Assembly (NCBI RefSeq): GCF_963921235.1
Contig: NC_086108.1
Location: forward strand, 117,430,001 to 117,494,000
Direction: 5' to 3'
DNA: 64,000 nucleotides
From: Mobula hypostoma
Taxonomy: Eukaryota
Of the stretch, positions 49,660 to 62,390 are shown piece after piece (within the stretch, counting starts at the first letter, position 1; every line of letters begins with the position of its first letter). The notes beneath the pieces were generated by a model. It worked only from the letters and a program-made list of their open reading frames with translations, made no database searches and was not told the origin of the DNA. The translations under genes and the position numbers were made by a program.

Positions 49660-50945
49660 TCTAGACTGAAGCATGTCAATATCGAGGAGGAGGAGTTCCT
49701 GGGTAGCTTGAAGAACATTAAGGTGCTCAGTGCCCAAGCCTGATTGAATCTATCCCAGCGTATTGCAGGAGGCGAGTGCTATGGCCTTGACAGATCTTTT
49801 TATCCTGTTTAGCCATGGATGAGGTGAATGTTTTCCTTTGTTTAAGAAGGTCAGCAAGGGGAAAAAAAAACAGGCAACTATAAGCCAGTTTGGTGGTGGC
49901 AAAATTATTGAAGATTTTTAGGGAGAGGATTTCCTTGCTTTTGGGTAAACATGAACTTATTAGAGGTAGTAGGTATAATTTTGTGTGGGGAAGCCATGTC
50001 TCAAAAATTTGAGTGTGTTTTTTGGGGAAGTAATGAAAATAATTGGAGAGAGTGGGTCCACATGGACATTTGACAAGATCCCAAAGATTATGCCGCTTGG
50101 GCTGTATGTGCTTTTTTACTAATTTGGATCATGTGGTCTGATTAGTAAAGGCAGACAACTTGAACAGCAGTTGATTGTTATAAAACTTATTGAAGGACAG
50201 AGCAGGATAATTTTGAAATTTGGGAGGGTGGAGAAATTTGAATGGAGTTTTATCTATGCAAGTATGAGATGATGCACTTTAGGAGGTCAGTGCAAGAGGA
50301 ACGTACAGTAAGTAGCAGGATCCTGAGGAGTGTTGATGGACAGAGATCGTGGGCTGTGAATCTAGCTCTCTTAAACCTGGCAATACACGTGAAGAGGTCT
50401 ATGAAGAAGACATACAGCATACTTGCATTCATCAGTCAGGATGCTAAGAAGAAATGTTAAGAAGCCATGATGCAGCTGTATAAAACTTTGGTTTGGCCCC
50501 ATTTGGAGATTCGTGAGGTTATGATTGCAGTGCTGTAGGGAGGACACAAATTTTGGAGAAGGTGCAGAAAAGGTTCACAAGGATATTGCCAGGAACGAAG
50601 TGTATTTACCATAAGGATTGTTTTCTCCGGAGTATAAGAGAACTAGAGAATGTACAAAATTCTGAGAGGCAGAGATAAGATAAATAGTTTTATTTTACCA
50701 GCACTAAAGGGCATAGATTAAATGTGAGAGAGGGGAGTTTAAAGGAAATTTGTGGGGAATGTTTTAGACACAGAGAAACAGTTATGATAACGATGTTTAA
50801 GAAACACTTAGACACCTGAACAGACAGGGAATGGAAGCGTAGGACCATGTGAAGGCAGATGAGGTTATATACTTTGACATCATGGTTGGCACAGATACTG
50901 TAAGCCGAAGGGCCTGTTTCTGTGCTATATCTGCTCTACATTCTA
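49660..50945 (+). mobile_element. Old, highly decayed CR1
   Basis: Remnant PLFKK, NYKPV and MEF..KYEMMHF motifs; tail GGGCCTGTTTCTGTGCT. Confidence 0.65.
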
Positions 50946-51969
50946 CACTTGTGCATTTTAGACACAGATGATGTTTCAATACAATAATTGGTTCTCACAT
51001 CTGACTGGATGAGACAGAAGGACACAAATTCCGATGATCTATTTAGAACTACAAAACTACATTGATTAGGACAGAACAAAGCAAGTGTTAAAATACTTTA
51101 TCTAGGAGTGCGTGGGTTCCCCTCACCTCAGCACCCATCCCATTCGATCCGCGGCATCGTCCACGACTAGCCCATTGGTGAGGCCCCAAAAACTACCCAT
51201 AAGCCCCCCCCCCCAAAGCACTCTATTTTACACCCTTTCCACTGATATGAAGTGCTGGAGAAAGTGGACCAATACATGGCACCATTTCAAAGAACCAAAT
51301 TAGAACCGATCGTCATTTGTCAGCAGTCTCATCATTTGTCATGAGTCTCATACCTATGTGCATGAATATCAAATTCACTTCCAGTAAAAATAATTTCAAT
51401 TCCCCCCCCCCCTTTCTATTCCCCACTCTGGTTTCTTACCTCTTCTCACCTGCCTATTACTCCTTCTCCCTATCTCCTCCACTCTCCTCTCATATCAGAT
51501 TCTTTCCTCTCCAGCCCTTTACTTCAGAATCAGGTTTATTATCATTGGCATGTGATGTAGAATTTGTTAATTTAGCAGCAGCAGTTCAATGCAATGCATA
51601 ATTTAGCAGAGAGAAAAAAATAATAAAATAAAAATAATAATAAATAAACAAGTAAATCAATTACATATATTGAATAGATAAACATAGTGCAAAAACAGAA
51701 GTACTGTATATTTTAAAAAAAAGTGAGGTAGTGTCCAAAGCTTCAATGTTCATTTAGGAATTGGATGGCGGAGGGGAAGAAGCTGTTCCTGAATCACTGA
51801 GTGTGTGCCTTCAGGCTTCTGTACCTCCTACCTGATGGTATCAGTGAGAACAGGGCATGCCCTGGGTGCTGGAGTCCTTCCTACCCACCTGGCTTCACCT
51901 ATCACCTTTTAGCTATCCTCCTTCCCCTCCCTCCACTTTTTTATTCTGGTGTCTTTCCCCCTTCTTTCC

Positions 51970-52005
51970 AGTCCTGAAGAAGGCTTTCAGCCTGAAATGT
52001 CGACC
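51970..52005 (+). ncRNA. Hammerhead-like motif in a second Penelope-type pLTR remnant (~51410-52090)
   Basis: agtc-CTGAAGA-aggc/tttca/gcct-GAAA-tg-TC-gac, with a 4-bp stem II and a 3-bp stem I. Confidence 0.6.
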
Positions 52006-53212
52006 ACTTATTCCACAGATACTGCCTGACCTGCTGAGTTCCTGCAGCATCTTATATGTGTTGCTCTGGATTTTGCAGAATCTCTTGTGTTTATGATTTG
52101 TGATCCTGCGTTCAGCAAGTTCACATGGTTGTTCCCACAGTGTTGCATTCTTGTGCTTGTATTCCTATCGTAGTATTCAAAGTCTGTTAATTTCAAGGCC
52201 ACAGTAGTGGTGAGACATTGTGATAAGCAAGATGGCGCCAGCAACCAACAGGAATAACTACAGCATCCTGCAGACAGTTCACAAATCTACTTCTTCATCT
52301 TCTTTTAAATATACTTCTACTGTAATCTGTGTGTGATTTAAGCCTGTAATTTACATTTTGATAGTGTGTTTTTGGGCCGACTGAGTGATCTGCTGCATTT
52401 GCTGTTGCTGAGGGAATTTGGCATTGTTGAGAGCAAGGCTGAAAACGGTGTGTGTGGCATAATGGTGGAGTGCGAACCCATGATTGTCTCCAATTCCTGA
52501 CCAACTTGCCAATTAAAATGTTGAGCAAGACTGAAATCATTGAGGATGAGAGCAGAAGGCAAGCGTTGTCTGTGTACGTTTGACTTCCTCTTCCTTTCAC
52601 TCACTACTGCTGGTGGAAGATGCAAGAGTCCTGGGTCTTGGGCAAGGTTTAATCAATGCAGTTTGCGGATTGGACTCTGCACTTCATGTCATGTGTTACT
52701 GGTTACTCAGCCTGCAGTCAAAGAATGACACAGTGCCATTTTGAATTGAACTAAACCTCACATTCTGAGACTGTTTCAAGGACCCTGCAGTTTGATATTT
52801 AATATTCTGTGTGTTATTTACTCATTTTTTTGCCGTTTGCATGATTTTGTTTTTGCACCTTGGCTACTTGATGCTTTCTTTGAATGGGTTTCATGGTGTT
52901 TCTTTGTTTGCAACTGTCTGCGGGATGACAAATGTCAGGGGTGCATATGCATACATACTTTGATAAAAAAATGTACTTTGAATCTTTGAAGCATAAAGAT
53001 TAACCCAATACTTTGCAGATGAGAAATTTCTTCAGCCAAAGTTTTTGAACGTCTGGAATTCTCTAGCTGAGAGTGTGGAGGTTTGGTCACCGAGAGACTG
53101 ATTGATTTTTAAATGGGAGATATTTGACCATAAGACATAGGAACAGTTGTAGGTTATACAGCCCATCGAGTCTGCTCTGCCATTTCATTACGACTGATCC
53201 ATTTCCTCTCAA

Positions 53213-53935
53213 ACACGAGGAAATCTGCCGATGCTGGAATTTCAAGCAACACACATAAAAGTTGCTGGTGAACTCAGCAGGCCAGGCAGCATCTCTAGGA
53301 AGAGGTACAGTCGACGTTTCGGGCCGAGACCCTTCGTCAGGACTAACTGAAAGAAGAGCTAGTAAGAGATTTGAAAGTGGGAGGGGGAGGGTTCCATGTC
53401 CCATTCCCATTCTGATATGTCTATCCACGGCCTCCTCTACTGTAAAGATGAAGCCACACTCAGGTTGGAGGAAAAACACCTTATATTCTGTCTGGGTAGC
53501 CTCTAACCTGATGGCATGAACATTGACTTCTCAAACTTCCACTAATGCCCCACCTCCCCCTCGTACCCCATCCGTTATTTATTTATTTATTTATGTATAT
53601 ACACGCGTTCTTTTTCTCTCTCTCTCCTTTTTCTCCCTCTGTCCCTCTCACTATACTCCTTGCCCATCCTCTGGTTTTTTCCCCCCCTCCCCCTTTCTTT
53701 CTTCCCGGACCTCCTGTCCCATGATCCTCTCATATCCCTTTTGCCAATCACCCTGTACAGCTCTTGGCTCTATCCCTCCCCCTCCTGTCTTCTCCTATCA
53801 TTTCAGATCCCCCCCTCCCCCTCCCACTTTCAAACTTCTTACTAGCTCTTCCTTCAGTTAGTCTTGACAAAGGGTCTCGGCCTGAAACGTCGACTGTACC
53901 TCTTCCTAGAGATGCTGCCTGGCCTGCTGCGTTCA
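53213..53935. mobile_element. Penelope-like element with inverted pseudo-LTRs
   Basis: About 53266-53390 is inverted relative to ~53815-53938. 14-bp direct repeat CCATTTCCTCTCAA at 53199-53212 and 53936-53949. Confidence 0.88.
53309..53344 (-). ncRNA. Minimal type I hammerhead ribozyme with intact core
   Basis: The minus strand reads agtc-CTGACGA-a-gggt/ctcg/gccc-GAAA-cg-TC-gact. Stem I agtc/gact pairs perfectly and helix III is the palindrome ACGT. Confidence 0.78.
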
Positions 53936-55189
53936 CCATTTCCTCTCAACCCTGTTCTCCTGCCTTCATAACCTTTGATGCTCTGACTAATCAAGAAACT
54001 ATCATCCTCCACCTTAAATATACCCAATCACCTGACCTACACGTATGCCTGTGGCATTGAATTCCACAGATTCACTGCCTTCTGGCTAAAGAAATCCCTC
54101 CTCATCTCTGTTCTAAATAGATGTCAGTCTATTCGGAGGCTGTGTCCTCTGGTTCTAGACTCCCTCACCACAGGAAACATCCTCTCTGTATCCATTTGAT
54201 AGGATTCAAGGAGATTACCCCCCTCCATTCTGAATTCTAGTGAGTAGAGGCCCAAAGCCATCAAACGCTCCTCATATGATGAGCCTTTCAATTTTCATTA
54301 ACCTTCTCCGAACTCTCTCTGATGTCATTACGTTCTTTCTTAAATAAAGGGCCCAAAACTACACACAATACTACAAGTGAGGCCTCAGCATTACATCCTT
54401 GCCTTTACACGCTAGCCCTCTCGAAAGGAGTGCTCACATTTCATTTGCCTTCCTCACCACTAACTCAAGCCCATGATTGACTCCATATTACTATTTAACT
54501 ATTTATGGTTTTATTACTATTTATTATTTATGGTGCAACTGTAACGAAAACCAATTTCCCCCGGGATCAATAAAGTATGACTATGAATATTTCTTGCCAA
54601 TTAAAGCATCAAGGAAGATTGAAATCAGCGAGGACACAAACACAAGACGAGTCCAGTGCCATCTGCCTGCGAGTGACCGGTTTCTCTCTTGCTCTTGCTC
54701 ACTGCTTCTGGAGGAAGGTGTCTGCTTTTGATTGGTCTCTCTCTCCCTCTTGCTTGTTGCCGCTGGAGGATAGTGCCAGATTCTTAGGTCTTGGGCAAGG
54801 TTTAGTCAGCCCAGTTTGTGGATTGGACTCGGTAGTTCATGTTATACGTTTCTGGTTTTTGTTGCTATTTCGTGCGATTTTGATCTGGGTGGATTGCCTT
54901 TGCAACCTGCAGTCAACGACCAATACGTGATAGATTACACTGAACTCAGCTGAGGTTGAACATTCGTGGATTGTTTCATTGATTTAGTGGTTTGATGTTT
55001 TATATTCTGTGTTTTTTGCTAATTTTTTTTGTCATTTGCGCGCTTTGTTCTTTCTTTTTTTGCACACTGGAGGTTTGATGAACAGGTTCCATGGTTTTCT
55101 TTGTTTCATGGCTGTCTGTGGGAAGAGGAATCTTAAGGTAGTAGGCTGTATACGTACCTCGATAATGAATGTACTTTGAATCTTTAAAT

Positions 55190-57990
55190 CTTTTAATGCC
55201 TCCACAATCTCTTTCAGAACCCTGAGGTGGAGTCCCTCTGGTCCAAGTGACTTCTCTACCCTCAGACCTTTCAGTTTCCCAAGCACCCTCTACCTTGTAA
55301 TAGCAACTGCACTCACTTCTGCCCCGGACACTCTGAACTTTCAGCGTACTGCTCGTGTCTTTCACAGTGAAGATTATGTAAAATACTTAATCATTTCACC
55401 TGCCATTTCCTTGTTCCCCATTGCTACCTCTCCAGCATCATTTTGCAGCATTGCAATATCTACTCTCATTTTTCTTTTACTCTTTATATATCTGGAAAAA
55501 TGTTTGGTATCCTCTTTGATGTTGTTAGCTAGCTATCTTGATATTTCATCTCTTCTCCCCTTATGGCTTTTTTAGTTGCCTTCTGTTGGTTTTTAGAAGT
55601 TTCCCAATCCTCTAACTTGGCACTAATTTTTGCTTTATTATATACCCTCTCTTTTGCTTTTGTTTTGGCTCTGACTTCCCTTGTCAGCCTCGGTTATGTC
55701 ATCCTAGAATACTTCTTGGGAGCGTCTCTATCCTGCGCCTTTCAAATTGTTCCCAGAAGCTCCAGACATTGCTGTTCTGCCATCATTCCTGCTAGTGTTC
55801 CCTTCCAATTAACTTTGGCAAGCTCCTTTCTCATGTCTCTGTAATTCCTTTATTCCACTTTAATACAGATACATCTGACTTTAGCTTCTCCCTCTAAAAT
55901 TGCAGGGTGAATCTATCATATTATGATTACTGTCTCCTAAGGGTTCATAGAAACATAGAAAATAGGTGCAGCAGTAGGCCATTCGGCCCTTTGAGCCTGC
56001 ACCGCCATTCAGTATGATCATGGCTGATCATCCAACTCAGAACCCTGTACCAGCCTTCCCTCCATACCCCCTGATCCCTTTAGCCACAAGGGCCGTATCT
56101 AACTCCCTCTTAATATAGCCAATGAACTGGCCTCAACTGTTTCCTGTGGCAGAGAATTCCACAGATTCACCACTCTCTGTATGAAGAAGTTTTTCCTAAT
56201 CTCGGTCCTAAAAGGCTTCCCCTTTATCCTCAAACTGTGACCCCTCATTCTAGACTTCCCCAACATCGGGAACAATCTTCCTGCATCGAGCCTGTCCAAT
56301 CCCTTTAGGATTTTATACGTTTCAATAAGATCCCCCCCAATCTTCTAAATTCCAACAAGTATAAGCCTAGTCGATCCAGTCTTTCATCATATGAAAGTCC
56401 TGCCATCCCAGGAATCAATCTGGTGAACCTTCTTTGTAATCCCTCTATGGCAAGGGTGTCTTTCCTCAGATTAGGGGACCGAAACTGCACACAATACTCC
56501 AGGTGTGGTCTCCCCAAGGCCTTGTACAACTGCAGTAGTACCTCCCTGCTCCTGTACTCGAATCCTCTCGCTATAAATGCCAGCATACCATTCGCCTTTT
56601 TCACCGCCTGCTGTACCTGCATGCCCACTTTCAATGACTGGTGTACAATGACACCCAGGTCTCGTTGCACCTCCCCTTTTCCTAATCGGCCACCATTCAG
56701 ATAATAATCTGTTTTCCTGTTTTTGCCACCAAAGTGGATAACCTCACATTTATCCACATTAAATTGCATCTGCCATGAATTTGCCCACTCAGCTAACCTA
56801 TCCAAGTCACCCTGCATCCTCCTCACAGCTAACACTGCCGCCCAGCTTCGTGTCATCCGCAAACTTGGAGATGCTGCGTTTAATTCCCTCATCTAAGTCA
56901 TTAATATATATTGTAAACAACTGGAGTCCCAGCACTGAGCCTTGCGGTACCCCACTAGTCATTGCCTGCCATTCTGAAAAGGTCCCGTTTATTCCCACTC
57001 TTTGCTTCCTATCTGCCAACCAATTCTCTATCCACATCAATACCTTACCCCCAATACCGTGTGCTTTAAGTTTGCACACTAATCTTCTTCGACATGTTGT
57101 TTCAAAAAACCATCCCGCGTCATTTACCTTAAGCTACCAAATTAAATTCAATTGATTACACGACACTCAGTCCAGAATAGTTGATCCCCATGTGGGCTCA
57201 ACCACAAACTGATCCAAAAAGTTATCTTGTAGGCATTCTACAAATTCATTCTCTTGGGATCAAGCACCCACCTGATTTTCCAAATCCACCTGCATATTGA
57301 AATCCCCTCCCCTCCATGACTATTGTAACATTGTCCTTTTGACATGCATCTTCTATCTCCTGTTTAATTTGTTCCTGACATCCTAGCTACTGTTTAGAAG
57401 CCTGTGTATAACTCCTATCAGGGTCATTTTACCTTTGCAGTTTCCTAACTCTACCCATGTGAGTTCTACGTCTTTTGATCCTATGTCATCTATTTCTAAG
57501 AATTTGATTTCATTTTTTTACCAAAAGGTCTAAGCCACCCCCTCTGCCTACCTGTCCTTTCGATACAGTGTGTATCCTTGGATGTTAAGTTCCCAACTAT
57601 AATCTTTCTTCAATGATATTTCTGTGATGCCCACAACATCATACCTGCTAATCTCTAACGATGTGAAAAAATCATCGATCTTATTCCAAAAACTGTGTGC
57701 ATTCAAATATAACACTCTCAGTTACCCTTTCCCATTTTGTTTCCCCTTTCACACTGCAACTCACTCCACTTACTGCAATCTTGCCCAATCATCTGCCTGT
57801 CCTTCCTAATGGTCTCACTACAAACTGCCTCTGCTTGTACACCAACAGGCCAATCCTCTGCTTGTAAACCAACAGTCCGATCCTCAGCCCTACCATTCTT
57901 CCTCCACTGCCAAGTTAGTTTAAACCCTCCCCAACAACTCTAGCAAACTTGCCTGCAAGGATCTTCATTCCCCCTCAGGTTCAGGTATCC
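55190..57990 (-). mobile_element. Decayed CR1 containing a younger nested CR1 (~55946-57085)
   Basis: ORFs 56305..56892, 56807..57079 and 56099..56299 with a (CATAGAAA)n tail; flanks are APE/linker remnants. Confidence 0.82.
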
Positions 57991-58690
57991 CCCACCCCTT
58001 TTCAGATCATAAGATATAAGAGCAGAAGTAGGCCATTCAATCGTGGGCTGATCCAATTCTTCCAGTCATCCCCCCTTCCCCTACTTTCACCCCATATCCT
58101 TTGATGTCCTGGCTGATCAGATAAACTATCTATCTCTGCCTTAAATACACCCAATTACTTGGCCTCCACAGCCGCTCGTGGCAACATATTCCACAGAATT
58201 ACCACCCTCTGACGAAAGTAAATTCTCCGCATCTCAGTTCTAAAAGGACGTCCTTCAATCCTGAAGTCGTGCCTTCTTCTCCTAGAATCCCCATACCATG
58301 GGAAATAACTTTGCCATGTCTAATCTTTTCAGGCCTCTTAACATTCGGAATGTTTCTATGAGATGCCCCCTCATTCTTCTGAACTGCAGTGAAAACAGCC
58401 CAAGAGCTGCCAGACGTTCCTCATACAGTAACCCTTTCATTCCTGGAATCATTCTTGTGAATCTTCTCTGAATCGTCTCCAATGTCCGTTTATCCTTTCT
58501 AAAATAAGGAGCCTAAAGTATAGAAACATGGAAAACCTACAGCACAATATGGCTGGGCGATCTGGAAGACCGTGTAAGGAATCTGGAGCAGCAGCTGGAT
58601 GACCTTCAACTCATAAGGGAGAATGAGGCAGTTATAGATGAGAGCTACAAGGAGGTAGTCACACCTAGGCTGTCGGAAGCAGGTCGTTGG

Positions 58691-59395
58691 GTGACAGTCA
58701 GAGGGGGGAAAGCGAAGGTGAGCAGACGGGTAGTGCAGAGCACCCCTGTAGCCATTCCCCTGAATAATAAGTTTACCATCCTGGATACTGTTGGCGGGGA
58801 CGACCGACCAGGTGTGAGCCACGGTGGCAGGGCCTCCGGCACTGAGTGTGACCCTGTGGTGCAGAAGGGTGAGACGGAGAAGAGGAGAGCTGTCGTCATT
58901 GGAGACTCTATAGTTAGGGGAGCAGACAGGAGATTTTGTGGACGTGAGAAGGACACCCGCATGGTTTGTTGCCTCCCGGGTGTCAGGGTCCAGGATGTCT
59001 CTGACCGGGTGCACGACATCCTGGTACGAGAGGGAAAGCAACCAGAAGTCGTGATACATGTTGGGACCAACGACATAGGCAGGAAGAGGGATGAGGTCCT
59101 GAAGTGTGAGTTTCGGGAATTAGGCAGAAGGTTGAAGAACAGGACCTCAAGGGTGACGTTCTCAGGATTGCTGCCAGTGGTACGTGACAGAGATGATAAG
59201 AATTGGAGGAGATGGCAGTTGAATGCATGGCTGAGGAGTTGGTGCAGGGAGCAGGATTTTAGATTTTTAGATCATTGGGATCTCTTCTGGGGAAGGTGGG
59301 ACCTGTACAGATTGGATGGGTTGCACCTGAACTCGAGGGGGAACAATATCCTTGCAGGTAGGTTTGCTAGCATGGTTCGGGAGGGTTTAAACTAA
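58691..59395 (+). CDS. CR1 ORF1p C-terminal SGNH/GDSL esterase domain (element-encoded, truncated)
   Basis: VIGDSIVRG, HVGTND and DGLHLN motifs. Confidence 0.85.
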   Translation: MTVRGGKAKVSRRVVQSTPVAIPLNNKFTILDTVGGDDRPGVSHGGRASGTECDPVVQKGETEKRRAVVIGDSIVRGADRRFCGREKDTRMVCCLPGVRVQDVSDRVHDILVREGKQPEVVIHVGTNDIGRKRDEVLKCEFRELGRRLKNRTSRVTFSGLLPVVRDRDDKNWRRWQLNAWLRSWCREQDFRFLDHWDLFWGRWDLYRLDGLHLNSRGNNILAGRFASMVREGLN

Positions 59396-59430
59396 TTTGC
59401 GAGGGGGATGGGACCCAGAGCGATAGAGCA

Positions 59431-62321
59431 GTGAAAGAAGTGCATGGAGTAAAGCCAAATCTAACATACAGAGAGGCTTTGAGGAAAGAGAAGCAGAATA
59501 AATGGTGTAAAGACAGTAAGGTAGAAGGGCTGAAATGTGTGTACCTCAATGCAAGAAGCATCAGGAACAAAGGTGATGAACTGAGAGCTTGGGTACATAC
59601 ATGGAATTATGATGTAGTGGCCATTACAGAGACTTGACTGGCACCAGGGCAGGAAGGGATTCTCAATATTCCTGGATTTCAGTGCTTTAAAAGGGATAGA
59701 GAGATGGAAAAAGGGGAGGAGGGGTGGCATTACTGGTCAGGGATACAATCACAGCTACAGAAAGGGCGGGTAATGTAGCAGGATGCTCTTTTGAGTCAAT
59801 ATGGGTGGAAGTCAGGAACAGGGAGGGAGCAGTTACTCTACTGGGGGTATTCTATAGGCCCCCTGGTAGCAGCAGAGATACAGAGGAGCAGATTGGGAGG
59901 CAGATTTTGGAAAGGTGCAAAAATAACAGGGTTGTTATCATGGGTGACTTTAACTTCCCTAATATTGATTGGCACCTGATTAATTCCAAGGGTTCAGATG
60001 GGGCAGAATTTGTTAAGTGTGTCCAGGATGGATTCCTGCCACAGTATGTGGACAGGCCGACCAGGGGGAATGCCATACTAGATCTAGTACTAGGTAATGA
60101 ACCGGGTCAGGTCACAGATCTCTCAGTGGGTGAGCATCTGGGGGACAGTGACCACCGCTCCCTGGCCTTTAGCATTATCATGGAAAAGGATAGTATCAAA
60201 GAGGACAGGAAAATTTTTAATTGGGGAAAGGCAAATTATGAGGCTATAAGGCTAGAACTTGCGGGTGTGAACTGGGATGATGTTTTTGCAGGGAAATGTA
60301 CTATGAACATGTGGTCGATGTTTAGAGATCTCTTGCAGGATGTTAGGGATAAAGTTGTCCCGGTGAGGAAGATAAAGAATGGTAGGGTGAAGGAACCATG
60401 GGTGACAAGTGAGGTGGAAAATCTAGTCAGGAGGAAGAAGGCAGCATACATGAGGTTTAGGAAGCAAGGATCAGCTGGGTCTATTGAGGAATATAGGGAA
60501 GCAAGAAAGGAGCTTAAGAAGGGGCTGAGAAGAGCAAGAAGGGGGCATGAGAAGGCCTTGGCGAGTAGGGTAAAGGAAAACCCCAAGGCATTCTTCAATT
60601 ATGTTAAGAAAAAAAGGATGACAGGAGTGAAGGTAGGACCGATTAGAGATAAAGGTGGGAAGATGTGCCTGGAGGCTGTGGAAGTGAGGGAGGTCCTCAA
60701 TGAATACTTCTCTTCGGTATTCACCAATGAGAGGGAACTTGATGATGGTGAGGACAATATGAGTGAGGTTGATGTTCTGGAGCATGCTGATATTAAGGGA
60801 GAGGAGGTGTTGGAGTTGTTAAAATACATTAGGACAGATAAGTCCCCGGGGCCTGATGGAATATTTCCCAGGCTGCTCCACGAGGCGAGAGAAGAGATTG
60901 CTGAGCCTCTGGCTAGGATCTTTATGTCCTCGTTGTCCACGGGAATGGTACCGGAGGATTGGAGGGAGGCGAATGTTGTTCCCTTGTTCAAAAACGGTAG
61001 TAGGGATAGTCCGGGTAATTATAGACCAGTGAGCCTTACGTCTGTGGTGGGAAAGCTGTTGGAAAAGATTCTTAGAGATAGGATATATAGGCATTTAGAG
61101 AATCATGGACTGATCAGGGACAGTCAGCATGGCTTTGTGAAGGGCAGATCGTGTCTAACAAGCCTGATAGAGTTCTTTGAGGAGGTGACCAGGCATGTAG
61201 ATGAGGGTAGTGCGGTGGATGTGATCTATATGGATTTTAGTAAGGCATTCGACAAGGTTCCACACGGTAGGCTTATTCAGAAAGTTAGAAGGCATGGGAT
61301 CCAGGGAAGTTTGGCCAGGTGGATTCAGAATTGGCTTGCCTGCAGAAGGCAGGGGGTGGTGGTGGAGGGAGTACATTCAGATTGGAGAATTGTGACTAGT
61401 GGTGTCCCACAAGGATCTGTTCTGGGACCTCTACTTTTCGTGATTTTTATTAACGACCTGGATGTGGGGGTGGAAGGGTGGATTGGCAAGTTTGCAGACG
61501 ACACAAAGGTTGGTGGTGTTGTAGATAGTGTAGAGGATTTTCAAAGATTGCAGAGAGACATTGATAGGATGCAGAAGTGGGCTGAGAAGTGGCAGATGGA
61601 GTTCAACCCGGAGAAGTGTGAGGTGGTAAACTTTGGAAGGACAAACTCCAAGGCAGAGTACAACGTAAATGGCAGGATACTTGGTAGTGTGGAGGAGCAG
61701 AGGGATCTCGGGGTACATGTCCACAGATCCCTGAAAGTTGCCTCACAGGTGGATAGGGTAGTTAAGAAAGCTTATAGGGTGTTAGCTTTCATAAGTCGAG
61801 GGATAGAGTTTAAGAGTCGCGATGTAATGATGCAGCTCTATAAAACTCTGGTTAGGCCACACTTGGAGTATTGTGTCCAGTTCTGGTCACCTCACTATAG
61901 GAAGGATGTGGAAGCATTGGAAAGGGTACAGAGGAGATTTACCAGGATGCTGCCTGGTTTAGAAAGTATGCATTATGATCAGAGATTAAGGGAGCTAGGG
62001 CTTTACTCTTTGGAGAGAAGGAGGATGAGAGGAGACATGATAGAGGTGTACAAGATAATAAGAGGAATAGATAGAATGGATAGCCAGCGCCTCTTCCCCA
62101 GGGCACCACTGCTCAATACAAGAGGACATGGCTTTAAGGTAAGGGGTGGGAAGTTCAAGGGGGATATTAGAGGAAGGTTTTTTACTCAGAGAGTGGTTGG
62201 TGCGTGGAATGCACTGCCTGAATCAGTGGTGGAGGCAGATACACTAGTGAAGTTTAAGAGACTACTAGACAGGTATATGGAGGAATCTAAGGTGGGGGCT
62301 TATATGGGAGGCAGGGTTTGA
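59431..62321 (+). pseudogene. CR1 ORF2p (APE endonuclease + reverse transcriptase)
   Basis: YLNARSI..AITET* (TGA at 59635-59637 where W is expected), one frameshift near 59710, then 865 open codons including FADD. Confidence 0.92.
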
Positions 62322-62390
62322 GGGTCAGCACAACATTGTAGGCCGAAGGGCCTGTACTGTGCTGTACTATTCTATGTTCTATGTACAATA

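Larger units (their letters stand above)
58550..62384 (+). mobile_element. Near-complete young CR1 LINE, 5'-truncated within ORF1
   Basis: ORF1 esterase ending 59395; ORF2 59431..62321; (TTCTATG)n tail; TSD ACAATA at 58544-58549 and 62385-62390. Confidence 0.95.
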
